A model generated the notes under the pieces. It was not told where the DNA came from. It ran no database searches and saw only the letters and a list, made by a program, of their open reading frames with translations. Of a stretch of DNA of 64,000 bases, positions 19,174 to 30,062 are shown piece after piece (positions within the stretch are counted from its first letter, which is position 1; every line of letters starts with the position of its first letter). The translations under genes were made by a program, and so were the position numbers. Source of the DNA: Candidatus Obscuribacteraceae bacterium (GTDB lineage Bacteria > Cyanobacteriota > Vampirovibrionia > Obscuribacterales > Obscuribacteraceae); contig JBGAHS010000011.1 in NCBI GenBank assembly GCA_044226015.1, positions 210,601-274,600 of the forward strand, in the 5' to 3' direction.

Positions 19174-20790
19174 ATGAAATCGAGAAAGTCTTCCTTAGCC
19201 GGAGTGATAACCTCTTCCCTCGTATGCCTTAGCGCAAGTTTTTCTCCAGTGCTAGCTGAGGCGGGTGGTGAATCATCATGGCAATCCGCGTTTTCTGAAG
19301 GGCTCAGCTCTATGGCCGCCCAACGCCCTGATATGGCTGAACAACATTTCAGGACCGCATTTAAGCTTGTAAAAGAGCAGTCAAAGAGCACAGAAGAGTG
19401 TGACAAGTGCGAACTTAAGCTTGCAGAGTCTCTGACGCTCAGAAACAAAACAGCCGAAGCACAACAACTTTACCTGCATTTGCTTGATTCTCGAACTCAA
19501 CGCTATGGCTCAAACAGCAAGAACTTAACCCCAATTCTTTTTGCGTTGGGGTCAATTCAGGAAGCTGAAGGCGACCACGATGCTGCCATGGGATACTACC
19601 AGCGAGCTTTGAAGATCAACGAAAAGAACTTCGGTCCCTACAGCCCTGCAGTAGCAGACAACTTGCACAAGATGGCACGGGTTAGCCAACACGCGGGCAA
19701 GAGAGAGGACTCAACCAAGCATTACAAGCGGGCGCTATCGATCTTGTTGAATGACCCTGCACTTCAATCGAGCGACCAAATGGAACGCTTGATGCATGAC
19801 TATTCGGATCTCATCAAAGGAAACGACAATTCCAATGAAGACCTGCTCAAGGACTTCAAGGCAGATATCTATAGTAGAAGTCAGTCAGATACTGGTTCTT
19901 CTGATACCACAGGCAATGCCAGCAATTCTGAGAATAAAGATGGCTGGAAGAAAGTGGGCAGCACAGAAAGCTCCATTTCAAGCCTACCGCGAATCTCTAG
20001 CGAGCCGACAACCCAAGCAGCTGCGACACAGCCTACTGCCGGAAATAAGCAATCAAATTTCAATCAGCAGGTACTGGTAAACACGACTCAAATTAAAGCT
20101 ACCCAGATTGATGAAGACCCTTCAGTGAAACTTCGAGGAATTGAAAAGCCGACGAGTGATCAAGCTCTGAATCCTGCTTATTCAGTCATTAACAACTCCC
20201 TTTTCAATCAGTCTCATTACAAGCGTGGAGTTGATTACTACGAGCGGATGATTGCTTCTGACATTGATTCTCTGGGTCCAAATCATCCATCAGTCGCAAA
20301 CGACCTTACCGGGTTGGCCCAACTATATATTGCGCAAGGAAGGTATAGTGAAGCTGAGCAACTTTTGAATCGCGCTGTGCCCATCTACCAAAAGGCATAT
20401 GGCGACTCAAATGTTCTAACAATAAATGCAATGACAGCACTTGCAACAGCGGAATTTCAGTTGGGCAAGACAGACCGAGCCAATGAGCTTTACCGGAAAA
20501 CGTTGGCAATTGCACAAGCGACGTTAGGACCAAATTCACTTGAAGTCGCACGAATTCTGAATGAACTTGCCTATTTGAATTACCAACAAGGAAAGCTAAG
20601 AGACGCAAAAACAATGTATGAATGGGCTGTTTCTAGCACACAAGCAGCTGCTGGAGAAAACAGTCCTCTATTTGCAGCATGTCTCAAAGACTATGCTCAG
20701 GTGCTTCGCGGCATGGGCGACCTCGCGCAGGCAACGAATGCGGAGAATAGGGCAGAGAAAATACTGTCCGCAAATTCCAAAACTAATTAA
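19174..20790 (+). CDS. Secreted tetratricopeptide repeat protein
   Basis: Signal-peptide-like N-terminus; repeats such as GPNHPSVANDLTGLAQLYIAQGRYSEAE; low-complexity central linker. Confidence 0.85.
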   Translation: MKSRKSSLAGVITSSLVCLSASFSPVLAEAGGESSWQSAFSEGLSSMAAQRPDMAEQHFRTAFKLVKEQSKSTEECDKCELKLAESLTLRNKTAEAQQLYLHLLDSRTQRYGSNSKNLTPILFALGSIQEAEGDHDAAMGYYQRALKINEKNFGPYSPAVADNLHKMARVSQHAGKREDSTKHYKRALSILLNDPALQSSDQMERLMHDYSDLIKGNDNSNEDLLKDFKADIYSRSQSDTGSSDTTGNASNSENKDGWKKVGSTESSISSLPRISSEPTTQAAATQPTAGNKQSNFNQQVLVNTTQIKATQIDEDPSVKLRGIEKPTSDQALNPAYSVINNSLFNQSHYKRGVDYYERMIASDIDSLGPNHPSVANDLTGLAQLYIAQGRYSEAEQLLNRAVPIYQKAYGDSNVLTINAMTALATAEFQLGKTDRANELYRKTLAIAQATLGPNSLEVARILNELAYLNYQQGKLRDAKTMYEWAVSSTQAAAGENSPLFAACLKDYAQVLRGMGDLAQATNAENRAEKILSANSKTN

Positions 20791-20819
20791 TTAACGCAGC
20801 TGGTGATTCAATTCCATTT

Positions 20820-20954
20820 GGATCACTATGGATCCGTTGGATCACCATGGACCCGCAGGCTCACTATGGATCCGTTGGATCACCATGGACCCGCAGGCTC
20901 CGCTGGAGTTCGTTGTCCCGTCGGATCACTATGGATCCGCTGGATTGCCATGGC
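20820..20954. repeat. 19-bp tandem repeat (GGATCACYATGGAYCCGYW) with 38-bp higher-order period
   Basis: Units at 20820, 20839, 20858, 20877 and 20923, partial at 20942; lies between convergent genes. Confidence 0.9.
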
Positions 20955-21024
20955 TTCATTTAAGCACCCTGGATCAGGTGAAACACTTCCGCGCAAATAA
21001 TGGATGCGTCACTTTATCGCAAAA

Positions 21025-22542
21025 TTAACGAGGGCTGCCCTGCTCGGGTAATGCGCCAGAAGATGAAGGAGCCGTGCTTTCAGATCCCGTGCTAGCTCCC
21101 GAATCAGTCGGCACTACAGGTAGTGCCGACTGATTACCAGAATTAGCCGGTGTAATGGAACCAGAAGGCTGATTTGCATCAGATGGTGGATTTGCTTCAG
21201 CCGGCGGATTAGACCCAGCATCAGCAGAAGGTGGGGTTTGAATTACTGGTGTTACTTTCGATTGATTCTCCAGTTCTTCGCTTCCATTCAAAGCTACAAT
21301 GTCGCCAGCTTGCACGTTGCCGAAGATTTCAACCCGGTCGCGCATAATTTGCCCCTGCCTGACAGGCACCCAATCAACAATACCGTTTTTGATTTTGCAA
21401 ACAAATGTCTTCAGTGGAGTAGACACAACGCAAGAGAGTGGCACGAACAACGAAGCTTCCTGCCTGCGTGTCGGCCAATAAACCTGACAAAACATTCCGG
21501 GAAGTATTTCGTATTTTGGATTGAAGTAGTTCAACTCAACCGGCATGGTTCGAGTAGCCTTGTCCAAATTGTTAGCGATACGTGCAATCGTGCCAACAAA
21601 CTTTCGACCTGGGAAAGAAGACACAGAGAAGTTAACCTTTGACCCAATCAATACCCCAGCAGTGTCTATTTCAGGAACTGGAGCAATGATACGCAAGAGG
21701 TCTAACTGCTTGACTCTGCAAATGGGAGGATAGGCGCCGGTTCCATCGGGACCAACGAAACTTCCTACGTGCATTCTTCTTTCGGTCACGTAGCCGTCAA
21801 ATGGAGCACGAATTTCAAGGTAAGAGGCAAAATCCGCAAAACTTTGGAAGCCTCGAATCTCAGCATCAACTTCTTCTCTGCGCATAGAAACTTCGTGATC
21901 TTTTGCATTCACTCGTTTAATCGCAGTATTTACATCTTGCCTGTCAGCTTCTACCGACTGAGCCCATTGCACCACATCATTATCTGCCACTACTCCCGGT
22001 ACCAATGATGCAGCATAAACGCGCTGATATGTGGACTGGTCTGCCAATAGATTTGCCTGACGCTTTTTCAGGTCGGCCTTGAGATCCTGCAATTTTGATT
22101 CCTCAGCTGCAAGATTTGCTTTCGCGGCGGCAACTCTAGCCAGAGCCTCATTTCGCCTGGCTAAGTACTCAGGCGCATACATTGTCGCCATGAGCTGACC
22201 CTTTTTCACCACAGAGCCGCGGTCTATATCAATCGATTTGACGAAGCCCGGAACCTTTGGGTACATCAAAACATCCTGATACGCATCGATTTCACCAGGA
22301 AGTTGATCTTCTCTGAACAATATTCTTGACTCGATAGCGACTGCAGGAACTGAAAGCGGCGCTGCTTGTGTAATGACAGGCTCTTCTTTTGACTTGTGCC
22401 AGTTCTGGTAAAGGAAGTAAAAACCGGCGCCCGCTGCTGCAAGGACAAGAACAACAATAATCAGATTCTTTATATCCCACACAGAACCCGTGCGTTGCGG
22501 ACGCGCGGTAGATGGATGCTGGTTGTTTTCTGTCTCGCTCAT
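21025..22542 (-). CDS. RND efflux periplasmic adaptor (MFP) subunit
   Basis: N-terminal TM, lipoyl halves (KVPGFVKSIDIDRGSVVKKGQL; IRAPFDGYVTER), coiled coil, TRTMPVE; Pro/Ser-rich tail. Confidence 0.92.
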   Translation of the reverse strand: MSETENNQHPSTARPQRTGSVWDIKNLIIVVLVLAAAGAGFYFLYQNWHKSKEEPVITQAAPLSVPAVAIESRILFREDQLPGEIDAYQDVLMYPKVPGFVKSIDIDRGSVVKKGQLMATMYAPEYLARRNEALARVAAAKANLAAEESKLQDLKADLKKRQANLLADQSTYQRVYAASLVPGVVADNDVVQWAQSVEADRQDVNTAIKRVNAKDHEVSMRREEVDAEIRGFQSFADFASYLEIRAPFDGYVTERRMHVGSFVGPDGTGAYPPICRVKQLDLLRIIAPVPEIDTAGVLIGSKVNFSVSSFPGRKFVGTIARIANNLDKATRTMPVELNYFNPKYEILPGMFCQVYWPTRRQEASLFVPLSCVVSTPLKTFVCKIKNGIVDWVPVRQGQIMRDRVEIFGNVQAGDIVALNGSEELENQSKVTPVIQTPPSADAGSNPPAEANPPSDANQPSGSITPANSGNQSALPVVPTDSGASTGSESTAPSSSGALPEQGSPR

Positions 22543-25500
22543 TTTATCGTCTCGTTATTGTCTTCATCAGGTAGAAGTGATCGTGTTCCAACTGGTGCAT
22601 TGTTCTGAACAATCATAAAGACCAGCGGTAGAAGGGTTAAAACTGACAGGGTGGACATGCTTAAGCCACCAATTACTGCACGCCCCAGAGACGCGCTTTG
22701 TCCACCGGAAAGAGCCATTGGTACCATACCTGCGATCATCGCGATGGAGGTCATCAAGATCGGTCTCATGCGTGCTTGTGCTCCATGAATGGCAGCTTCC
22801 TCAGCCGTCATTCCTTTACCTCTATTTTCCTCAGCAAATACCACCATCAAAATAGCATTTGCGATTCCCACACCAATAGACATGATTGCGCCCATGAATG
22901 ATTGGACATTTACAGTGGTGCCAGTAAGCGTCAGCATCGTCAAAACACCCAGCAAAATAGCAGGTGTCGTTGACATAACAATCAAAACAACCCTGGCTGC
23001 CTGGAAGTAAGCTAGCAACATCAAGGTAATAACCACAACAGCCAGAAGCAAGCCCGTCAAAAGATGGAAAAGTGTGTCCTCAAGCAAAGGCACCTGCCCG
23101 TGCACTTTTACAAACACACCTGCAGGCGGAGTGCCGGCACGCTTGACCGCATCCTTGACAAGCTCGCCAACTTTACCCAGGTCATGCCCACTGAGGTTAG
23201 CAGTGAGCGACACCATACGCATCATGTTGTAGCGATCGTACTCACCCTCGGTGGTGCCATAATTCACCTTTGCTACATCACCTATTAATGGATGCTGCAT
23301 TCGGCGAGTGTGACTTCCGAAATACGACTCATCCACTTTTTCATCTTTGAATGGCTCTTCCTCCCTCATCTGCTCAGCCTTCAGGCTAGCCATGGTGGGG
23401 AATGTTTCAATATCGCTCTTAGAATTGATCTGGTCTTGCGGAACCTGAACCTGCACCTGATAGGAGAACCCACTGTTTGGGTCGCGCCATAAGCTTAGAT
23501 TTACGAAACGGCTTGAGAAGAATGCGGGTTGAAGTGACATACCAACATCTTTAGGCGTAACACCAAGCTGCCCGGCCAATTCGCGATCTATATCTATATC
23601 GCAGGTCGGATAATCTAAAGGCTGACCCCATTGCAAATCTCGCAGAACGGAAATCTTGCCCATTTCTTTGAGAATTTTTCGGGCGAAAGCTTTGTCTGCG
23701 GTTAAGTCTGGTCCAGTGATTTGAACGCTGATTGGCGTAGGCGAACCAAGGTTCATAATCTGGCTCACAAGGTCGCCAGGCTCAAACGAAAATCTGGTGT
23801 CAGGCACAGCCTTGCTCAAGCGATCTCGCAACTTGTCTTTCAAACCAGCGACATCAATCTTAGCCTCTTCCTTGAGCTGCACATCTAGAACAGCTTGATG
23901 AGGTCCTGCCGTCCAGAGGAAAGCTGATGAAATGGGGAACATTGGTGGCTGCTGCCCGGCATAGCCCAGAGTCTTGTCTACATTCTCTGCACCGACCTCA
24001 GCTTTAATAGCATCTATTGTTTTGAGAACGCGCTGCTCAAGAGCCTCCACTCTCATTCCAGTTGGCGCTGAAATACGCATACGGAACTGATTACTGGCAG
24101 CTTCTGGAAAGAGCTCTTTGCCTATAGTCATGTACAGCACAGTGACAGCAGTAATCGCTACAACTAGATAAAGAGGAATAATGACGAAACGAATGGGTGC
24201 CATCACATTGATAAGCCAACCCAGACCGTCTTTTAGAACATCAACGAAATCACGTCCATGCTCTTTGTGCCCTGGTTTCAGAATCCAAACGGAGAGAATC
24301 GGTGTCAAAGTCGATGCCAGAGTGGTCGACGCTATCATTGCGAAACCCACGGCGAGCGAAAGAGGAATGAACAGCTCTTTGGTGATTCCAACCATGAAAA
24401 ACGATGGCACGAACACAGCTACAACAGACAACATCGCAAGCAGTCGTGGCACCATTGTCTCGACGCAGGCATCGAATACTGCACGTTTGAGTTCGTCCCC
24501 CTCAGAGAGGTGGCTATGAATGTTCTCAATACACACAGTCGCCTCATCCACCAGAATGCCGATAGCAAGGGCTAATCCACTCAGAGTCTGAATGTTGAAG
24601 GTCTGTCCACACATCCACAAACCGACAATAGCTGCAAGCAGTGAAAGCGGAATGGATGCCACCACGATGAGCGTACTGCGGAAGTCACGAAGGAATAAGA
24701 GAATCATCAGTCCAGGCAAAATGGTTCCCAGCAAACCTTCATGAAACACATCATTAATTGCTTCGCGAACGTACTTCGACTGGTCGAATTCATAACTGAT
24801 GATTACGTCTTTGGGTAAGACAGCCTGCATTCTAGGCAAAGCGGCACGCAAGGCATCAACGACAGATACCGTGGATGCATCGGCGCGCTTCACTGCTGGC
24901 AAGTAGACTGTGCGCCTTCCCTGATACATCGCATAACCGGCAAGAATGTCGGAAGAATCTTGAACCTTACCAATGTCCTTGATGAATATTTGGGGACCGT
25001 GACCGGTGCGCACAGGAAGATAGTCGAGTTGATGAATATCGGGCAAATCACTGTTTACAGGCGCAATGCGCAAGTAATCGCCGGTACGAACGTTCCCAGC
25101 CGGAAGCACCTTATTTCCCGCTTCCAGCGTTTTGATGATTTCGTCGCCGGAGATGTTGTATTGACGCATTTTATCTGCGTCGACACTAACAACTATTGTA
25201 CGTATGTTTCCGCCGAACGGTGGTGGAGCTTCAGCACCAGGAACGGTGGCAAGCATCGGTCGAATACGAGTATAGGCAAGGTCTTCAAGTTCTTTCACAT
25301 CCTTTGTCTGTGATGACAATACAAGCTGCCCTACAGGCAAACTTCCTGCGTCAAATCTCAAAACGAAGGGATTGTAAGTACCATGCGGCATCAAACTTGT
25401 AGCACGGTTAGCCATCGCGACAATAGCTGCCATCGCGCTGGACATATCAGTGTCAGGCTGAAAGAAGACTTTTATCAGAGCAACGTTTTGAATCGACTGC

Positions 25501-25745
25501 GATTCCATGTGCTCGATACCCGGAACATACAAGAAGAAAAGCTCGTAGGTGGAAGTGATGTAACCTTCCATCTGCTCCGGTGACATGCCACCATAGCCCT
25601 CGATAACGTAGATGGCAGGAATCTTCAAATCAGGGAAGATGTCTTGCTTCATGCTTGTGATAGCAAGCACTGAAATGAGGATCATGCTAAGAATCGCCGA
25701 TACTATGGTGATCGGTCGTTTCATTGCTGCTGCAATAATCCACAT
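22539..25745 (-). CDS. RND efflux permease (AcrB/CusA superfamily)
   Basis: 1068 aa, DIFP, LAIGILVDEA...ENI, RMRPILMT, two sets of TM helices. Confidence 0.95.
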   Translation of the reverse strand: MWIIAAAMKRPITIVSAILSMILISVLAITSMKQDIFPDLKIPAIYVIEGYGGMSPEQMEGYITSTYELFFLYVPGIEHMESQSIQNVALIKVFFQPDTDMSSAMAAIVAMANRATSLMPHGTYNPFVLRFDAGSLPVGQLVLSSQTKDVKELEDLAYTRIRPMLATVPGAEAPPPFGGNIRTIVVSVDADKMRQYNISGDEIIKTLEAGNKVLPAGNVRTGDYLRIAPVNSDLPDIHQLDYLPVRTGHGPQIFIKDIGKVQDSSDILAGYAMYQGRRTVYLPAVKRADASTVSVVDALRAALPRMQAVLPKDVIISYEFDQSKYVREAINDVFHEGLLGTILPGLMILLFLRDFRSTLIVVASIPLSLLAAIVGLWMCGQTFNIQTLSGLALAIGILVDEATVCIENIHSHLSEGDELKRAVFDACVETMVPRLLAMLSVVAVFVPSFFMVGITKELFIPLSLAVGFAMIASTTLASTLTPILSVWILKPGHKEHGRDFVDVLKDGLGWLINVMAPIRFVIIPLYLVVAITAVTVLYMTIGKELFPEAASNQFRMRISAPTGMRVEALEQRVLKTIDAIKAEVGAENVDKTLGYAGQQPPMFPISSAFLWTAGPHQAVLDVQLKEEAKIDVAGLKDKLRDRLSKAVPDTRFSFEPGDLVSQIMNLGSPTPISVQITGPDLTADKAFARKILKEMGKISVLRDLQWGQPLDYPTCDIDIDRELAGQLGVTPKDVGMSLQPAFFSSRFVNLSLWRDPNSGFSYQVQVQVPQDQINSKSDIETFPTMASLKAEQMREEEPFKDEKVDESYFGSHTRRMQHPLIGDVAKVNYGTTEGEYDRYNMMRMVSLTANLSGHDLGKVGELVKDAVKRAGTPPAGVFVKVHGQVPLLEDTLFHLLTGLLLAVVVITLMLLAYFQAARVVLIVMSTTPAILLGVLTMLTLTGTTVNVQSFMGAIMSIGVGIANAILMVVFAEENRGKGMTAEEAAIHGAQARMRPILMTSIAMIAGMVPMALSGGQSASLGRAVIGGLSMSTLSVLTLLPLVFMIVQNNAPVGTRSLLPDEDNNETIK

Positions 25746-25757
25746 GAGCCTTTGCCT

Positions 25758-27221
25758 CTATCGAGCCGGTGTTGTGCCCTGAACTAAACTTACTAGCTGC
25801 AAAAATGGCTGCAGGTCACCTTGGACATAAGCAAGCTGAAGTATCGCTCGCCAGACCTCAATCTGAGCGACTGCATCTTCAACCTGGGCAGACGCTAATG
25901 CTTTTTCAGCGTCTGCCAGTGACACCATATTTGTCAAACCAGTACTGTATCGTTTCAGCACTTTGATTTCGCGAACCCTCGCAGCTTCGACCAATGCTGG
26001 AGTTTCATCCGCTACCTTTTTTGCCTGTTGCAACAAAATTCTTGCGCGTGCATCCTTCTTTTCGAGTATTTGCATCGCTAAATCAAAATCAGCTTTCGCC
26101 GCCAGTTCATTGCTATGCGCAATCGTCTTCTGCGCCTTTAGCGGGAAATATTCCATGAATGGAAAACTGTAAGAAACACCAACCATGTAGTTGAAGACCT
26201 GTGGCAGTGTTCCAGCACCGACTCTACCTATGGTGTTAACCGGGTCATTGCTTCCTTTGCCCCAGAGCGAAGCGTTGAGCCAGAGGTGAGGTCGATAAGC
26301 TTTGTCTAGAACAATTTCCTTTGCTCGCCAGCGGGTAATTTCCGCTGTTTTCAAAAGCGCCAGGGGATGCGAACTTAAATCCATTGCGCGATCGGGAATT
26401 GAGATCGCCGGGCGACGATTTACAGGGTCTGAGACTATGTCTATGTCAGCGACAGCCGTGCCCATTTTCTCTGCAAGCGCTACCAGGGCAAGGCGGCGAT
26501 CCTTTTCTGCTTTGATCAAACTAATGCGCGCTTTGGCGACTTCGTAGTTCCAATCAGCGGCATCAACACCAGGTCTCAAACCTTCTGAAACCAGAGTTTT
26601 AGCTCTAAGATTCGCAGCTTCCATATGGTCTAGCTCAGCTTGAGCTGCGATGATAATTTGTTTCATTTCTGCAGCGTCAAGAAATGCGCTAGCTGCGTCG
26701 AAAGCCACATCTAATTTCGTCAGGTTAACATCAGCGCGCGCAGCCCGAGCGTCAGCGTAAGCCGCATTGTCATTAGCATGACGTAAACCCTGATCGATTA
26801 GCAACCAGTTGAAGTTAAGACCCTGCAAATTATTGACGAGTGGTTTCAAACTTTGAAACTTCGACGGCGGACCAGAATCAACCGGGACGGTATCAAAGCC
26901 GGAGACATTATTCATGACAACGCTGGCGATTCTGTTGCCAGTAATTCCAGATTCCTGAATGTCCACATTCAGGTTAGGCAAATATTGTGTCTTCGCCAGG
27001 GTAACGCCGCCCTTTGCGGCTCGCAACTTAAATTGTTTTTGCGCAATTGTAGGGTAGTTTCTTAAGGCTACATCTACGGCTTCTTTAAGTGTGACGGCAC
27101 GAGTTGGCGCTTGCTTCTCGAATTGATAGTCGATAACACCCATCTCACGCCCTGCTGCATATACAGAAAGAGGCTGAAACAGGCAAACCAGCAATAGTAA
27201 GAGAAACAGATTCCTGAACAT
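25758..27221 (-). CDS. TolC family outer-membrane efflux protein
   Basis: Signal peptide, TLKEAVDVALRNYP, YLPNLN, RYSTGL; first gene of a TolC-RND-MFP operon. Confidence 0.88.
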   Translation of the reverse strand: MFRNLFLLLLLVCLFQPLSVYAAGREMGVIDYQFEKQAPTRAVTLKEAVDVALRNYPTIAQKQFKLRAAKGGVTLAKTQYLPNLNVDIQESGITGNRIASVVMNNVSGFDTVPVDSGPPSKFQSLKPLVNNLQGLNFNWLLIDQGLRHANDNAAYADARAARADVNLTKLDVAFDAASAFLDAAEMKQIIIAAQAELDHMEAANLRAKTLVSEGLRPGVDAADWNYEVAKARISLIKAEKDRRLALVALAEKMGTAVADIDIVSDPVNRRPAISIPDRAMDLSSHPLALLKTAEITRWRAKEIVLDKAYRPHLWLNASLWGKGSNDPVNTIGRVGAGTLPQVFNYMVGVSYSFPFMEYFPLKAQKTIAHSNELAAKADFDLAMQILEKKDARARILLQQAKKVADETPALVEAARVREIKVLKRYSTGLTNMVSLADAEKALASAQVEDAVAQIEVWRAILQLAYVQGDLQPFLQLVSLVQGTTPAR

Positions 27222-27409
27222 GAAGAGCAGAGCGCGAACCTCAAATTGAACAAACTGGCGAACCCAAACAAAAATGTTCGAATGACGCCATTGCATCGAG
27301 CTGATATTTTACTCGACTTGGCATTTCGTTCCGTGAGGCGCAACAAATGTTCAGAGACTACTTACAACCTCTCTACTGCTTGTGTTTCTCCTTGTAGTAC
27401 AATCAGTTC

Positions 27410-28144
27410 ATGTCGACAAATGCGAAAACCGCCGTTTTCTATGTCCTGCTGTGCGCTTTGATCAGCTCAGCTCCTGCATTTGCAGATCCATTTGCATTCG
27501 ATGATGATGCAGATGACCCTGTTTCATTTCGCGCAACAATTAATCGCATTCGCGACGCCGAAATAAAATACAAAAGAGAAGTGAAGCGTCGAGAAGAAGA
27601 CGAGCGAAGGCGCGAGGAAGAAGAGCGCGAGCGCGAAGCTGCAGCTGCTGACAAAGGCAGAACCGACGCGCCCGGGGACAAGCCCGATTTTTCAGATCAC
27701 GATGATGATCTAACCGAGAAAAAGAGACTTGGTGACATTGACACGAGTTCGCAGTTCAACAAATCAGATTTTTCCGACACCGATTTCAGCAAGAGGGCAT
27801 TTAGCAGTCTCGACAAAGCCATGCGAAAACCTGATGACGATTTTTTGCGTGACATGGATAAAATCAAAAACGATGATGGTGACAATGACGACAGCATTCC
27901 GGAAGACGCTGGTCTGAATGACTACACGGCTCGAAAAGATGCAAAAAATGCCAAGGAGCGCAGAGAATTGGCTGAGCTCATGTACATGGAGTACCCCTTA
28001 CCGGGCGATTGGTTGCCGTCGAAACTTGACCCCTTGAATAATGGTGGTTTCACAATCTCTGATGATAACGGTTCACCAGTGCCTTACAAATTGAACGGGC
28101 ACGTTGACCTTCAGCGTGCACCCGCCTGGAAATCCGCTGAGTAG
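27410..28144 (+). CDS. Hypothetical secreted, highly charged (Asp/Glu/Arg-rich) protein
   Basis: Signal peptide ending APAFA; charged low-complexity body. Confidence 0.65.
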   Translation: MSTNAKTAVFYVLLCALISSAPAFADPFAFDDDADDPVSFRATINRIRDAEIKYKREVKRREEDERRREEEEREREAAAADKGRTDAPGDKPDFSDHDDDLTEKKRLGDIDTSSQFNKSDFSDTDFSKRAFSSLDKAMRKPDDDFLRDMDKIKNDDGDNDDSIPEDAGLNDYTARKDAKNAKERRELAELMYMEYPLPGDWLPSKLDPLNNGGFTISDDNGSPVPYKLNGHVDLQRAPAWKSAE

Positions 28145-28245
28145 TTCCTTCAACAGCTCGCCAGAGTGTCTCGTTGTCCGCTGAGATTTCTCAAAAGCTG
28201 GAAGTTTTTTTTTCTAAACACTCGGCGGGAAACAGACGCTTCCGC

Positions 28246-29838
28246 TTACGGCAACGCCATCAGTGCGCGACGTTCCATATTCACACGCAAGATGTCTTGT
28301 GCATCTTGCACTATCGGAGCAGCCTCAGCCTGACGACCAGTGTGATTCAGGAATGTTCCATAGTCCAACATGCAATCAGCCGCGAGCACACTCTCAGAAC
28401 CGAAGACTCGCACAGTGTCTGACAATGCCCATGAGTAAATTTCTTGAGCTTCGTCCATTTGACCGAAGCTATATGCCAGCAGTGCCAAATAGTTTAAGCG
28501 CAACGCTATCTCAAGCTTCTGCGCTTGCAAAGGTATCGGAACCAGCTTACTCAGATAGTCCGCCTGCATTCGAGCTTCGCGCACTGGAGACTTCTTATCG
28601 TCATTAATATACGCAAGCAAAGTCTCTGTTCGAGAAACTAACTGAGCATCATCACCATACGTTTTTCGATAAATCTTCAAGGCACGCTCTAAAAGCGGCT
28701 TGGCATGCTCGTGATCATGTTGATTCAAATAAATAGTTGCAAGTGAAGTTAGGTCTCTAGCAACACTTGGGTGTTCTTCACCAAGTGATTCAATATCAAT
28801 CGCAATCATTCTCTCGTAGAAATCAACGCGCTGCTTATTTATTTCTTGCAGAGCTACCGCATCAGCTGGGCTTCTATCAGGTTTAATTCCAGTTCCGTCA
28901 GCATTCAACCCTGCCACCGAAGGTAGTTGCAACACACCATGCGACAAGTTTGGCGAAGACGAAGGCGGATTCGCGCCCTCAGCTAATAGTGCTTTTTGAT
29001 AAGCCTGATCTGCAAATTTCGCTGAAACAGCTTTAGAGAATTCCGAACTTGCAACACCCGCAGTCTGCCCTGAGGCTGCTACGCGGTCCTTCAACAACTC
29101 ACTCTGCAACGCAGACTTGTGTATGCGATTTTGCTGTTCTGTCTTTCTAAACACATCAATATAGTCAGCAAGAACTTCGTTCAACATTTTGTCATCAGGA
29201 AGATTGCCCTGAGTCATGAGAACTCGCAAAGCGAGCTTATAACTATCCTCTGCAGGCTTGCTCAGGTATTGTTTAACAGCAGTGCGACCCACTAGATGAA
29301 CGAAATCGGCGTACTGAATTGTCTTATCAGCGTTCTGCTTCTGAAGAATCTCGGCAGCCCGCGCATACATTTCTTGGGCATGCTTGTACTGCCCTTCGAA
29401 TTCATAGAAATTAGCAAACGGTTTCAAAGTCACCAATAACTTCGAACTTTCTTTTCCATATTTTCTCTCGAGAGCGCGCAAAGACTGCTTGTATAGCTTC
29501 AGAACTTCCTCTTCCAGGTCTTGCACATAAAGAACATCTGCAAGTGTATTCATGCATTCAACAATATCGTCGGTGCTTGCTTTGCTCTTCTTTGCGTCAG
29601 AGAGCGCCTGACGGAAGCAAGCCTCAGCGCCAGTGTAATCTTTGTGCTCTTTTCTGCGAAACCCTTCCTTCAATGCCGCATGCCAATCGTATATCTTGTT
29701 TATGCTTTGCAAATCATTTGAATTCTTGGGAAAACCATAGTCCTCATGAAATTTTGCGGCTTGAGCAGAAGCTGTCGCAGAAGCAGCAAGAACTAAAACA
29801 ACAGAGAGGAAGTTTTTCGAACAGAGCATCATTAGCAA
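28246..29838 (-). CDS. Secreted tetratricopeptide repeat protein (paralogue of 19174..20790)
   Basis: Signal peptide; VDFYERMIAIDIESLGEEHPSVARDLTSLA matches VDYYERMIASDIDSLGPNHPSVANDLTGLA. Confidence 0.85.
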   Translation of the reverse strand: MLMMLCSKNFLSVVLVLAASATASAQAAKFHEDYGFPKNSNDLQSINKIYDWHAALKEGFRRKEHKDYTGAEACFRQALSDAKKSKASTDDIVECMNTLADVLYVQDLEEEVLKLYKQSLRALERKYGKESSKLLVTLKPFANFYEFEGQYKHAQEMYARAAEILQKQNADKTIQYADFVHLVGRTAVKQYLSKPAEDSYKLALRVLMTQGNLPDDKMLNEVLADYIDVFRKTEQQNRIHKSALQSELLKDRVAASGQTAGVASSEFSKAVSAKFADQAYQKALLAEGANPPSSSPNLSHGVLQLPSVAGLNADGTGIKPDRSPADAVALQEINKQRVDFYERMIAIDIESLGEEHPSVARDLTSLATIYLNQHDHEHAKPLLERALKIYRKTYGDDAQLVSRTETLLAYINDDKKSPVREARMQADYLSKLVPIPLQAQKLEIALRLNYLALLAYSFGQMDEAQEIYSWALSDTVRVFGSESVLAADCMLDYGTFLNHTGRQAEAAPIVQDAQDILRVNMERRALMALP

Positions 29839-30062
29839 ATCGACGAAAGGCGTAGTGGATCAGGTTGCTCATTCTATACGATGTTCGTGCTCAGGGATCA
29901 GCTCGGCAAGCAAGTCGCTAAGAAAGCAGACAAACTCGGAAGCGTAAAAGTCCCATTGACATCCTTCCCGTTTAAGCTAAATTTGAACCCATAAAGGGTT
30001 TGGATTACTTTTTGGCATCCATTTTTTGTATTGGGTTTGTTTGTAGCTGGAGAATTTAACAT

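Noticed and set aside
20803..21028. Short ORFs over the 19-bp repeat, or a mini-CRISPR
   Set aside because: Unit length is not a multiple of three, the frames are by-products, and there are no spacers.
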